A DNA stretch of 64,000 nt from Macrostomum lignano. Its lineage: Eukaryota. This document shows, in pieces, positions 13,026 through 36,695 of the stretch (the first letter of the stretch is position 1; every line of letters starts with the position of its first letter). The notes below the pieces were generated by a model. The model was not told the DNA's origin, made no database searches, and was given only the letters and a program-made list of their open reading frames with translations. The translations under genes and the position numbers were made by a program. The DNA is taken from the NCBI GenBank assembly GCA_002269645.1, contig NIVC01000591.1, positions 1 through 64,000 on the forward strand, read 5' to 3'.

Positions 13026-13789
13026 TTTTGCGCTGTATAGGTTGCCGATTTCTGGCTGGTCTGGCAAGAAATTGTAGAGCCTTCTTCGTGTTTTTCTACT
13101 GCTTTTTGTAGAGAAAATCTGCTGCTCGTCTTTTTACTGGCTCCCATGTTCAGGGCCCATGGGAAATGCCTCAGCAACAGGCAGTGACGTCCTCTGCGCC
13201 GAGCAGTCGACTAGAGACGGAAATTCCGAAAAATTCCGTGCGTTCTTTTGATAACCAATTGACAAATCATTCCCTGTCTTTAGAGTTTTTGGACTGCGCT
13301 TGTCTTAGATAGACTTTAGCTACTAAATCCTGGGAGGAGCTCCGCCTAACAAAGGTCAGCTTTAGCAAGTAGAGATGCAAAGTTTGCAAATTACAGAATG
13401 AATTAGGCAATAAAAATCGCAGTTTTCACATCAGCAATGGTAGTGTTATAGAAGAACAAACGTTCTGAAATTACGTGTGACCTTGAATAGCACCAAAACC
13501 TTGTAAAAGGAAGGCCCGCTTGTTTACATTGCAGCCACAGAACTATCAGTAAATTCTGTGATTGCAGCTAAACTTAAAATACTCATATCTTCGATCAGTT
13601 GCACTTAAAATGAAAATTTTTGCCAGGTTGTTGAAATTAAATGTTGTTTTTAAGATGGCGCAAAGTTTAGCATTATATCCACATGTTGGAACGGCAGGAA
13701 CGGTCCCTGCAAATAAGTATCTCTTACTTAAACTATAAATAACTATCATTAATCGTTCATTTCTATGGCTTATAGAAACGTTTTTCATG

Positions 13790-14165
13790 CTGGATAATTT
13801 GAGTTGAAGTCACAGGCAGGATTCCGTGTGCACCCTGGCGCACTTTGAGCGACATTGTCACACAATCGACGAGAGGCATTGCTGCCCATTCTGCCGACTC
13901 CCCTGAGCAGGCACACAAGCGCGCGGATTCGTACACAGTCACACACACAGGCACACACTCACACAGAAGTGTACAGCGGCCCTAACTTTATTTATCGTTA
14001 GACATGTACACTTCACTGTGCCTTTGGGGTTGGCCCTCAAAGGCGTTAATTGCACAAGCAGACCAAAGCCGAGATTCAATCGAATGAAGGTTACTGCATG
14101 CACTTTGAATCGAGCCTGAACCGTTGGCACAACAGAGCGCTCCGCTAGACTACTAAGCTACGGCC
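13790..14165 (-). mobile_element. tRNA-derived SINE, family A
   Basis: Minus strand begins GGCCGTAGCTTAGTAG...GGCTCGATTC and aligns by eye with 4992-5390, including GGGCCAACCCCAAAGGCACAGTGAAGTGTACATG and GCCAGGGTGCACAC. Confidence 0.8.
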
Positions 14166-15497
14166 CCGCCCCCTTCGAACTTTACCATACATTGTACCTT
14201 GAACTACTTTGTACTTTCGCCTTGAAATTCAAAATTTCTGCTGCGATGAGGGGTCTATATTGGAGTCAGAAATGATAAGTCTGCTTGCCCCAAAGAAGAC
14301 AGGCATTTTTCAATTGATACACGGTGTGCACGTAGAGCTAGTACAGCAGGCCATCTCCCTTTGATGATATTTTCCCTTGATAATATGTTCGTTGTGACGA
14401 ACAGGAAAATCTAAGAAGATCATCCCAAATACGTGCATACTATGTTTGGTTAAAATGCTTCAATGCTTCATAAAGCCAGCTGCTTTTAGCAATAAGTTTA
14501 CCCTCCTCAACAATCATCTTATCAATTCTAGCTCACAGAATGCATAACTCTGTGTAGAGGAACACTAAAGAGATACTCAAATTACACTTCTGACCGCTAG
14601 GAATACCTTGAAAAAATGAAACAGAGCCGAAAGACAGACACAAGAAAATATTCAGTCCGAGGGTGAAAACGGCAATCGCAAAGATTTCGCCTCAAGATTT
14701 CGAGGTAGCTACATGCAAACCATTTTGCAGCCAATTCCTGTGGGCATTGCAGTTTCGCTCTTTGATTAAATTTTCCCGCGAAATCTTGATTTATTTTAAG
14801 TAACTGGCGTCAAAGAGAGCTGGATTGCGACGAAAATTGCAGCAGATATGCTCGTTGATTCCCCAGCTGTTGCAACGTGTCAGTTGGTACGAGCGTACAT
14901 GCAATTGGGCTCAGGATAAAATTCATAAGTTTCGCTACTCAAATGCCCTGCTGAGTTTCATTGGCCGACCAAGGACAACTGAAGTTACGTTATATAGAAA
15001 GACTACTTAAGTTGTCCTTGTGGCCGACGTCAGTCTTGGTCAGTCAAAGTTTTTATACTTTCGAGTAAATAATACGCGTGTTCGTCAGTCAAGTAGCTAT
15101 TGTTCTATTGAAACCCAGAAGCAGCAGTCGGTTGACCCGACTCCCGTATTTTAAAACGGTTTTACAATACCTAAAATAATATTTTTTAATAGATCATATA
15201 TTTTGCAAGGACATCTGCTCTCTCCAGCTCCATCGCTTGTAATGGCCTTGGGAAGCTTTTGCACCCTTGGATGATTGACTTGGTATCATCAGCGATATTG
15301 ACGATCTAGATTGTTCCAGCCTTACCCACTGGATGATGAGTACGTTTATAAGCTGCATTCAATTTTCTTGACCACGATCTAAGTCGATATTTTCGTAGTT
15401 TTGCTGCCCGCGCAACATTCCGATAGACTTCGCGAGTAAATGGGTCTTTCACGTTCCATTGTTGATGGCGACATTATACGTTGGCCAAACGTCATTG

Positions 15498-17638
15498 CGC
15501 GCTGCACGTCCTGGTCGATAAACTCGAGAAGGCCGTGCTTGGTAGTGGCTTTGCTCTGGGGATCTTCCTGGACATCATTGGCGCCTTCGATAACGTCCTC
15601 TTTGAGGCGTTCCGAAGAGCTCTTTGTGAGAGGCTAACGCACTCACATCTCACCAGATGGATCATGTACATGATCAGCCATCGCACGGCCACCGCCAGTC
15701 TGCTGGGCTACCAGAGGACGGTCCCCGTCTGCAAAGGTAGCCCGCAAGGTGGGGTGCTGTCTCCAGTTCTCTGGAATATGGTCATCGATGAGCTCCTCCG
15801 GGATGTTCGGCCTGACCCCATTCTGAAAGTTGGATATGCGGACGATGTCACCGCGGTGGCATCTGGTCCGTCCCCTGATACCCTCAGGGACCTTCTTCAG
15901 AACTTCATCTACGCTGCTGAGCAATGGGCGGACCGCTGTGGTTTAAGGCTCTCTGAGACTAAGACCGCAGCGATCATGTTCACCAGCAGGACCAAGTGGC
16001 AGATTCGGCCGCTCACGCTTTACGGAAGGGAAATCCCCTTCTGCAAGCAGACTAAATGTCTGGGTATTACCCTGGATCACAGGCTGAACTGGTCTCCCCA
16101 CGTTCAAACAAAAGCCAAAAAGGCCTTCGCAGTCCTCGCGCAATTGCGCAGGGCCGTCGGCACCACCTGGGGGCTCACCCCCAAGCGCCTCTGGTGGATC
16201 TACACTGCAATGGTTAGGCCCGCTATCTCGTATGGCGGCCTGATCTGGGCTAGCGCCCTGCAGATAAAGACCTGTCTAGAGGCTCTCAGGAGAGCGCAAG
16301 GGCGCGCTTGTCGCACGATCATGAGCGCCCCTCCGTCTGCTCCTTACGATGGCCTCAACGCCTTCCTCAACATTCCTCCGCTGGACATCTTTGTCCGCAG
16401 GGAAGCGGCTAAGACTGCCCGCCGTCTAGCTGACGCTGGCATTCGAATCCAGCCCCATAGGGCCATGGCTAAGCGCAAGCTTCTGCCCCACGCTGACCTC
16501 TGCCTCAAGGACTTGAGAGACAGCGGCGGGCTCCACGTCCTATCTGACGGCGAACCCCGCACTCTCAACCTCTTTCAGCGCTACAAGGTCACCATCCCCT
16601 CTAGGGATGCTGCCAATGACCACTGGAATTTCCAGGAGGTCCATTGCTACACGGACGGATCCATCAAAGACGGTCGCGCCGGCTTTGGGGTCTGCATCAT
16701 CATCAACGGCCGCGTAATTGCCACGCATGCCCAGCACACTGGTAGACTCTCCACAGTCTTCCAGAACGAAGTCCTTGCCATCAGCTCTTGCGCTGCAGAG
16801 CTAAACGCCAAGGTTACGAGAGGAAAGACTATTGTCATCCACTCCGACAGCCAAGCGGCCTTACAGGCCCTTTGCCACACCACAACGAACTCCCGGACAG
16901 TCGCCGACTGCGCCCGGCAGCTCAACCTCCTGGCCAGAAGCAATACTGTCAGGCTGAAGTGGATCCCAGGGCACGCAGGGTTTCCGGGGAACGAGCTGGC
17001 AGACACCCTCGCCAAGAGGGGCGGCTCTGGCTCTTTTTTCGGCCCTGCCCCCCTGGTCCCTATGCCCTTGACAGTCATCAATCGTCAGATCGACGACTGG
17101 GCTGACTCCCTCCACAGGGACAGATGGGCGGGCACCCAAAACTGCCGGCAATCTCGTGCCGCGGTTCCTTGCCCGTCTCACAGGCTCAGAAACATCCTTC
17201 TGAACCAGAATCGGAAGGATATTCGAGCCCTTGTCATGACCCTTACCGGCCATGGCTACCTCGCCAGGCACTGCTTCCTCCGAGGCGACCTCGAGAGCGA
17301 AATTTGCCCCTTTTGCGAGTGCGACAATGAAGATGCTCAGCACTTTGTCTGTCACTGCCCTTTCTTTAACAGAGACCGGCTACGCTACCTCGGGCCGAAC
17401 CCGTCCATTGACGAGGTTTGCCAGCCCGACAGCATCCCACGGCTCATCTAGTTCCTTCGGGCGACTAGACGAGCCAGTTTCTTCCCAACGGAAGATCACG
17501 CTGCAGGACGGACCGGCGGACCACCCTGACCGGCCCCACGCCTCTGCCTGTCTGCGGGCCTTCAGGGGCTAGCGGAATGGGCGACCCTCGCCTCCCCGCT
17601 GTGTCTACGGACCACCCTGCAGCTAAGTCAAGTTAAGT
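15498..17638 (+). mobile_element. 5'-truncated non-LTR retrotransposon (I group, LOA/R1-like) with an open RT-RNase H-zinc-finger ORF ending at 17451
   Basis: RT motifs FLDIIGAFD, GSPQGGVLSP, YADD, CLGI. RNase H motifs YTDGS, FQNEVLAI, IHSDSQAAL, WIPGHAGFPGNELAD. C-terminal CPFC...HFVCHC. Tail TAAGTCAAGTTAAGTCA. TSD CAAACGTCATTG at 15486-15497 and 17639-17650. Confidence 0.93.
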
Positions 17639-18641
17639 CAAACGTCATTGTGGCTAAAGTAAAACGTCAATAAGCGTTGGATACGTGGCTCTCCTCTCAC
17701 CGACGTTGGATGACGACACCCGTAGTGAAACGTTTACGCTCAAAATAAAGGTAATAATTATAGATTCGAAGATTTAGATTTAAGTTATATACTAAACGCC
17801 AGAGTAAAGAAATTATAAAAATGATACAATTTTTGTTTATTTTTTCGGCTAGCTATCACGAGAAAAACTACTCTCTCAGTAGTTTCACGGTAGCTACAAC
17901 TACATGTGTATGTCAAATCCACAAAAGTTTTCCCTAAACGCGCTGCAAGTAAATTGTTTTTGTTTGTCTGAACCAATAAATGCATGTACGTAGATGTAAG
18001 GAACATTTACTGTTTTGAATTGTGAGGCTTTCGAATAGGCCACTAGTAAAACTCGCTGTCAGTAGGCTTGAATCTGTCTGAATCTGTAAGGCTCAAAGGG
18101 GCCATCTTAGGCCAGGTAGCTAGGGCTGATGCTTTTTTAACCGTCAATTAAAAAATTTCCCAACTCTGTTGCCTCCCCAACGTGGTAGCTTGAGCTTAAT
18201 ATTTTTCAGTCAGATAGTTGTTAGTCATGACATAGGGTGATGGGTGTCAGACTCAATTATAAGTAAAGTGAATATTGCATAATAGATCGATTGAGGTTGG
18301 GGGAAGAGCTAAAAAATGGGGTCTTTAACTCGCGTGCTACAGCGATGTACATCACACTGGCTACTAGCCTTATACGTACAAAAGTCAACTATTCCACTCC
18401 TTCCAAACAATTATTTGTATGCGATTTTGCCCCAGGATATGTATATTAATGAGTACAATTGAGTATTCAATTTTTGCTTTACCGCATTGTAAGTCTTCTT
18501 TTAGGCCTTACTGACTTTTACCTAAGTTGGTCTCTTATGTGCTTCCGTTCTAACTAATTCTTAAGCCTAAAAGATCTTACAACCGAGATCGTCAACCGGT
18601 TGGCTACAAATTGTGCCTTTAGCTCAAAGGACAAACATATA

Positions 18642-20075
18642 CTCAGCAACAGTCAAAGTTCCACCCCTATCGCGCCTAGTCAGAGATAACTTCTCGCTCA
18701 CAATTCAACCCGCGAGTTACGCAACTACGCCGCGAGGAGGGAAGGGTGATTGAATCAATATTAAGCGTCAAAATAGTCGCACAAAATCACAAGTTTATTT
18801 TTTATGCAAGATGCAGTTAGAATCGCAATGCTTAATACCGCGTGTGGAATCCCCTCGCACGCAGAAGAGCGGCGACTCTGCGGGCATCCCCAAGATGAGG
18901 CGGCGCAGAAATTCCTGGGGAAGCTGCTGCCAAGCGTTTGCAATTGCGTGACGTAGCTCCGCAACATTCTGTGGTGCATTCTCTTTTCGAATGCTGCGCT
19001 TTAGAAAGTCCCAGACATGCTCGATTGGATTCATGTCTGGGGACCGGGAAGGCCAGCGCAGAGTGCGGATCTGTAGCTGCTCTTTCACTTGACCAACAGC
19101 ATCGGCTCGGTGTGGCGGCGCGTTATCATCCTGGAGAATGCAGTTGCCAACTCCTCCGAAAGCAGCATCGGCAAACGGTAGGAACCGAGTCTGCAGATGA
19201 TCTGCGTAGCTATTAGCGTTCACGTTGGCATCCAGGAAGACGATATCCGTCCTTGAATGTAGCGAGATGCCGGCCCAAACGTGCACTGAGCTGAGGCAGC
19301 CTGGCTCTCAGCGCACTGTACATGCTGCTGCAGCATCTCCTGCCGCGGTTCTCGCCAAACGCGGGTGAGACCATATGCTTGGAAAAGTCAGAACCGGCTC
19401 TCGTCAGTGAAAACAACGCATCGCCACTGCTGCTGCATGCCTCCAGTGGACGCGCTGCATCGCCCACTGCTCTCGGCTGGCGATGTGGGCAGGACTGAGT
19501 CGAGGCCGCTTGCGCATCTTGCGAGAGCGGAGGCCGGCCTCCCGAATTCGACGTCGAACTGTCTGGGCGCTCAGGATGTTTCCTGCTCTGCTTCTCTCAC
19601 CCCCCATCAGACGGAGCAGGGTGACTGGCAGGGTGGGAGTTCGCCTTACTATTCGCGGCAGACGGCGATTTGCTCTGGCTGTTGAGCCACGGAGATCAAG
19701 GCGCTGACTGCCTTTCGCAGCGTGCTCCACGCTGCCAGTCTCACGGGACTTTGTCAGCAGTTTTCGGATTGCCGCTCGCGATCTTCCAAATCTGCAAGCA
19801 ACTTCGCTGATGGACACACCGACTTCTAGCATTCCAACAGCACGCCATCGTTCAGCATTAATCATTTGCTGGGCCATTTTTGAAATCGTGTGTGCATGGA
19901 TTAGACTGAACATTTGTCCTCTTAAAGTTACGCAGTTTTGTACCATTACACAGACCCAAGCCCCCCCCCCCCGAAGTGACAATAAGCTTCGCTGCGTACC
20001 GCAAGTTGCGTCACTCACAATAAGTGAGAAAAATTCCATCTCGCTTGGAGGGTGGAACTTTTGACTGTTGCTGAG
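18642..20075 (-). mobile_element. Tc1-family DNA transposon (DD34E); transposase pseudogene ~19877-18832
   Basis: ~26-bp TIRs CTCAGCAACAGTCAAA(A)GTTCCACCC at both ends, flanked by TA at 18640-41 and 20076-77. Paired-like HTH N-terminus, FTDESRF, VWAGIS, QDDNAPPH...WPSRSPDMNPIEHVW with 34 residues between D and E. At least three frameshifts and one stop. Confidence 0.93.
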
Positions 20076-21542
20076 TATAAGTCGCTGGATCTGAATGAAC
20101 TGCACAGGAGTTCTAACTATCACTTAAGGTCTTTCTTTTTGAGCCCCCATTTCGGGGCCGAGGACGTGTCTATTTTATAGATTTTTAGCTACACGTCATC
20201 CCTCGCCGCTGATTAGCAACGGCGGGGTGCCAAAACAGACGCAGCAATATTAGATTAGCACGTTGCTACGGGGCGAGAGAGATAATTTAATATCTGGTAG
20301 TTGGTCGCATCAGGCGATGGTTAAAGGTCAGTTCAGGGTTCATTATTCGAGTCGATTTGCACCTCAGACCACCCGTGCGTCCCTCGGTGAGTCGTGCTTT
20401 CGCTCCCTGGGCCGATCCACGTACGTCACCGCTGCCCTTGGCCTGTTGACCATCGCTCTATCTCGCCCGCCAGTCGGGGTATCTTGCTGTATCGATTCTC
20501 CTGGCACCGCGCCGACTGACTCTGCCTGTTACCTCGGCCGGCTTTGAAGTCATCTCGTTTGGTCTGAAATCTTGGGGGAAAGTGACAGTTAAGTTCTTAT
20601 CAAATCTATGATTTATTTCGCTTTCTTGCCGTTCTTTTAATTTCTTTTACTTAAGTATCTTATCTCAAAATTGAAATTTCGCCCCCTGATTTTTGCTTCT
20701 TACTTTGCCCTTTAGCGAACCTTTTTATTTGCTCAGACTTTTTCTAATTTCTAATCCCCATACGCATGATTATACGAGAAAGATATAGTACGTATTTAAA
20801 CGGCGTGTAAAATTAACATTGGTTATTGTAATCAATAATTCTATTGTTTTTTTCCTCCTCCTGATTGTTTTAAGTCGTACTTTTCATATTAGTTATAATA
20901 ATGCTCCTTAGCCAAATAATGCCAAAACACTGCGTGTTATACTTGTTCGCAGACGGACGTCCTTCTCTCTAGTTCTGGGCTGTAAATTCCATGGAAATTC
21001 CATGGTAAGTCCATGTACTCGTAATATCCTATTCCAATGTACACACTTCACACAAATTTACCAGTACTATGAGCGCAAAGAACTTTTTTTGAAATTGAAC
21101 ATTCAATCTACGCTCGTAGAATAGTCAGAAATTTTTAGTGCTGTCCACAAGCGCACAATGCCTTCACCACGGGCAGAAAAATATTTCTGCCCCAAGCTTT
21201 TTTAAACATGTGAAGTTCCACTTTTTGTCCAATTAACATACTCGTCGCAAAACGTTGCCACTGCTCTTCTTTGCTTGTTTTTCCTTGAGAGCCAAGCTGA
21301 CAGGATATTTATTTGGTAAGACATAGTCTACCGTGGTATATTACTGGAAAATACGTGCTTATATTACATATGTATACCGAGGTTCATCAATAAAGTCAAA
21401 AAGATTAGTAGGTATTGATGAGTAACCTTTATACATGTATAGTGTATATCATACGAGTAAGTTACGTACATGTACATGCATTGACTCAAATTGCAAAGTA
21501 TCTCAATTTCTGATAACTTTCTATTTTAGAAGAGGCTGCAGC

Positions 21543-23135
21543 ATGGTATTTAACGAACTTACTACTCAAGACATAAAGCACAAGCGAGAAATAATCAGAT
21601 CCAGCAATCAATGCAACACTAGGCTGTACGTCGTTGAACTCTTGAAAGACTGGTCTCCAGAGGGATTTCAGAGAAATCTGCCGCAAAACAACGTCGACTT
21701 ATCTAACAAGTTTAGGAAGGGTGAGACGGTGGTCATCAAACTGTTCGTGAATGGGCCGGAAGAAGAGCGTCGGGCGGATGCGAAAAGAAGACGCGATAAC
21801 GAGCTCAAGAGACTGCGCAAGCTCGCTCAGCTACAACCCGATAAAAACTGGTTTGTGATGGCTCTCGGTGAAGGAGAGTACTTGCAGAATTCGAGCATCT
21901 GCGGCCCATTTGTCATTCTTGAGCAAGGAGAGTGCAGTCTCGGACATCTTCTGCATCGTAGGACCGACTGCCAAACTCAGATAAATGAACCGTTGGGATC
22001 CCATCCGGAAGTCAATTCTTTTTACACCCAAGACCATTGCTTCAGTTTCATTGTGCAAATTCAAGGTGCTGTAAAGTTCCTCCACGAGCGCGGCATGATT
22101 CATCGAGACTTGAAAAGTTACAACGTGCTACTTTTCAATGAAAAGACCCTCTGCAAACTGTGCGACTTTGAGGACTGCAGAGACATCAACCCCAGGATGA
22201 CGGCAAAGATGGGAACAACCTGGTGGCGCGCTCCAGAACTGTACCTGACCATCGATTCCGACGGTAGGACAGACTACGGATTTGCTGCAGACTGGTTTTC
22301 ATTTGGGCTGTTTATGTGCGAACTACTATTTCGAGAAGAGCCGTTTGTATGCTACTACACCGGACGAATGCACGAACACCGGCTCGACGCATCGAAAGTA
22401 TTTGCCGACAAATTTCTGAGCACCTTGCCCAGATTCACTGAGGTTGATAGGCGCGCGATGTGCATTGACCACTCGACTAACCCAGGGCAACCGCGAGTGC
22501 TGCTCAACACCGACATGTGCGTCTTCCCGGCATTGAGGGACAGGAAAACGGCCTCGAAACTTTGGCAGCTGATCGACCAGCTGCTGGATTGGAACCCGAA
22601 GAAGCGAATTTCTGCAGATTTGAGTGGCCGCTTTGATAATGATATCCGGCCATTTGCCACAGGATCTCCGCCGCCAATTTCCCTGCCCGACATTCCACAG
22701 CTGACGGACACTGGTGCCCATTCAAACGAGACGGCCATGAGCTGGAAGCCAGCTGGATGCGTCACCAAAGTCTACCTGATCGCCACTGATTGTGACCTTG
22801 ACAACGATGAAGTGGTCTCAGAAGTGGAGTCTCGACTCCAGGACCGAATGGTTGACATCCAAGGAATGATTCCATCGGATCCCGGTGTGCCAAGTCTTCG
22901 ATTTAAGTTCTACTTTAAGAGGCCCATCGAGCGCTTTGTGCTAGCCATTGAAGGCGAACCGGCTTGCGTCAAGAGGACCGCTGAATTCTGCAAAACGGAT
23001 TCCCAGTTCAGCGATTTTCTGACCGGGCAGTTTCAGTTCCATCCAAACCCAGTTGTGCGAGGCTTAAAGCTGAAAATTAAGCCTAAAGACAGGCAAGGCG
23101 GAATGATGACTGCGCGCAGCAATCAATCAGTTTAA
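21543..23135 (+). CDS. Divergent Ser/Thr protein kinase (~530 aa, intronless CDS) with an uncharacterised C-terminal region
   Basis: Open frame with VVIK, alphaC DNELKRL, HRDLKSYN, DFE in place of DFG, GTTWWRAPE, DWFSFG. No GxGxxG loop. A pyrimidine tract plus AG just before ATG 21543 suggests an upstream UTR exon. Confidence 0.88.
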   Translation: MVFNELTTQDIKHKREIIRSSNQCNTRLYVVELLKDWSPEGFQRNLPQNNVDLSNKFRKGETVVIKLFVNGPEEERRADAKRRRDNELKRLRKLAQLQPDKNWFVMALGEGEYLQNSSICGPFVILEQGECSLGHLLHRRTDCQTQINEPLGSHPEVNSFYTQDHCFSFIVQIQGAVKFLHERGMIHRDLKSYNVLLFNEKTLCKLCDFEDCRDINPRMTAKMGTTWWRAPELYLTIDSDGRTDYGFAADWFSFGLFMCELLFREEPFVCYYTGRMHEHRLDASKVFADKFLSTLPRFTEVDRRAMCIDHSTNPGQPRVLLNTDMCVFPALRDRKTASKLWQLIDQLLDWNPKKRISADLSGRFDNDIRPFATGSPPPISLPDIPQLTDTGAHSNETAMSWKPAGCVTKVYLIATDCDLDNDEVVSEVESRLQDRMVDIQGMIPSDPGVPSLRFKFYFKRPIERFVLAIEGEPACVKRTAEFCKTDSQFSDFLTGQFQFHPNPVVRGLKLKIKPKDRQGGMMTARSNQSV

Positions 23136-23567
23136 ATTTCAACTTCTGAACCTTACTGATTAGACTTTAACAAACAGCTTTAGTTTTACTAAAGTACATG
23201 TACGTTATACTGGGTTTTTGGTTTTCGTCAGTTTTTTATTTGTGGGAGTTATTCAATTTATAATTGAGGTGGGTGAAATCCATTTCAAACATTTCTCTAA
23301 TTTTTTAAGCCAGTTTATTTGTCTGCGCAGCAGTGACCACTCGCCATAAGCCGCTGATTGTTGGCTGACGGGCCGCGTTATGTTTTGAGCTTTGAGCAGG
23401 AGTGCCGAGGCAAACTGCTCGTTATAGAGACAGTGATAGAATTCGCTGTCTGTAGTAAGATCGAATTTTCTAGCACAACATAACGCTCTTACTTGTCCTC
23501 TTAACTAAGGTTAGAATTTTTACCTGTTGGAACATTGCTGAAGATTTACAGTATTTTATGTACACAT

Positions 23568-23634
23568 TGACTTACTTGACTTAACTGCAGTCCGGAGACA
23601 GCGAGGAGGCGTTGCCGCTCATTTTTCTAACCCC
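23568..23634 (-). mobile_element. 67-bp retroposed 3' end of the RT-RNase H LINE family
   Basis: Minus strand GGGGTTAG...CGCCTCCTCGCTGTCTCCGGACTGCAGTTAAGTCAAGTAAGTCA matches the 3' end of the 15498-17638 element. 11-bp TSD TATGTACACAT at 23557-23567 and 23635-23645. Confidence 0.85.
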
Positions 23635-24203
23635 TATGTACACATAGAAAAGCACATATCTTTACTTTGGTGTCTTTAGCCTTGGATGCTTGTATGGTGG
23701 TTTAATATATTTGTATTCTCAAGTATTAGCAGCATAATTGCATGAATTGATTTACTTCAGCCTATGCAGTACGTAAATATACGTGTATTTACGCTGGTTC
23801 ACCATCGCGAACCGTCTCTCTGTTAATTCGTTAAAATTAAAATGATCGTCACAGTATATAGCTACCATTTACAACATATGATACAAGATGTACTAAGCTA
23901 ACGTTTTTAAAGTGTCTTGAGTCTTAAGATAAAATATTCCCTGTAAGCTACATATATGAATGAGCGCACGGTAAATCTATATGTACGTGCACAATCATTG
24001 TTTATGTGTATGCATGGACACTCTGCAACTGACCCATTGTACTAATAAACATGCATGTTTTGATAATATTGAAAAAAATGTCCTTTGCAAAAAAGTGTTC
24101 AAATTACTTAACCACATGTGAATAAATTATTATCGGCTAAAGTTTTAGTAAAAATTAGTGAAAAACACATGCACATGTACATGTAAATTTTAATCCATGG
24201 TGA

Positions 24204-26406
<2,203 letters not shown>

Positions 26407-27915
26407 TGCATCAATTGCAATTTTAAATAATTGTAATACTATCAAATTACGTATATTTAATGATTCAAGTGGTTTAACTAAGTAGCATATTAGACACTTT
26501 TGCAACATAAAATGCTAAAGGATATGGGATGCCTTCTAAAATTTAATTCAATGCATTTTGTACCGGTATATAAATAACATACATGGCGTACGTGTTCATA
26601 GATTAAACTGTAGCTATACATTTCCTGTTGGACATGGTTATAAATAGATTGTATATCATTTTTATCCGTTGTAGCCGTAAGTTTTTTTCCCATATTTTTT
26701 GTGTATATCATAAATTTAACTGTAATATATTTAAAATTTTAGGCGGCTTTGAAGCATATCTTGTTAAGGAGGTTTAACAAAACCTCAGATTACGATTTGT
26801 TGTTTAGTATTTTCCGAGTGATTCTCTCTTGTTTTAGAAGTGCTATAAAATTTAAAATAATTTGCTAATTCTAAAGTTTAGAACCAGTTAAAGTAACTTG
26901 TTTACAAATTTTCTATTCGGTTTAGAGTAGTTACCAGGAATAAACTGCGAATTCTTTTTTATTTCTGTATTGTTAACTAGGACAAGATGTTTCTTCATTC
27001 CAGATTTTAAATATTTTCGCGCATATCACTGTGTTTATGCTGTCCATTAAGTGCTCTAGTGACTAAGCTTATTTTGTGTTAACTGCAGTAAAATGGCGCA
27101 GAAACTTTCACCATTCAATTGCATGAAAAGGCATAAGAAGCCTTCCGAACCAGCAGTAAGTCTTAATTGGTTTCTTTTAAAGATTATTCCCATTCGCTTA
27201 GAAATTATTGCACAGTAATAGGGTTTAGGGTGAAAAATCAAGCTTGTGGGCTTTATTTAGTTGGAGTCAAGCAGCAGTTATCCAAAATCAAACAGCAGTT
27301 ACCCAGGATGCATCAATTTATTAAAAATAGTTTGAGAAGTCGCCTATGTTTAATTTATAAGTGTACTAAATAGGTTCTTAAAAATAAATAATTTAATTTA
27401 AATATGCTAAAATCTTTTTCTTTGACCTTAAATACACCATGTCATTATCAAGAGCTACAACTATAATTCAGTACATTCAAATATGATAACTTGATTTAGC
27501 ATTTAGTATCTTTTATGGTGAAAATAAAAACAGATATGCGAAATAATTTCTAAATGGCAAACTAATTACTATATAAATCCTAAAGAAGTTATAATACATG
27601 CAACACAATGCTTATATGATTTAAAAAAATAATAAAATTGAATGTTAAATTTGAGAAAGTTCAAAAGTAAGTGTTATATAGTAAATTAAATGTTTACAGT
27701 TATTATTCAAATATCATAAATAAGTCAAAGCATTTTAAGGCATACCAAAAAATTGTTTATATGGTATTTAACTCATTTGGGTAACAAAAGTTGGTTACCT
27801 AATTAATATATGAAAAAACCTTTCAAGTATAAACCCATCTTCTTGTTAGAAAAGCAACTTGACCTCATCTATGCCATGAATTGAATCAATTGGAAATAAC
27901 TTTGAAACATTCTAG

Positions 27916-36695
<8,780 letters not shown>

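Noticed and set aside
21435-21542. Upstream ATG of the kinase ORF
   Set aside because: The extension is AT-rich and ends in a pyrimidine tract plus AG typical of an intron end; ATG 21543 is preferred.
26500-27900. Candidate 5' exons of CEP89 (e.g. AALKHIL near 26743)
   Set aside because: AT-rich with several possible splice sites and no unique phase-consistent chain, so not annotated.
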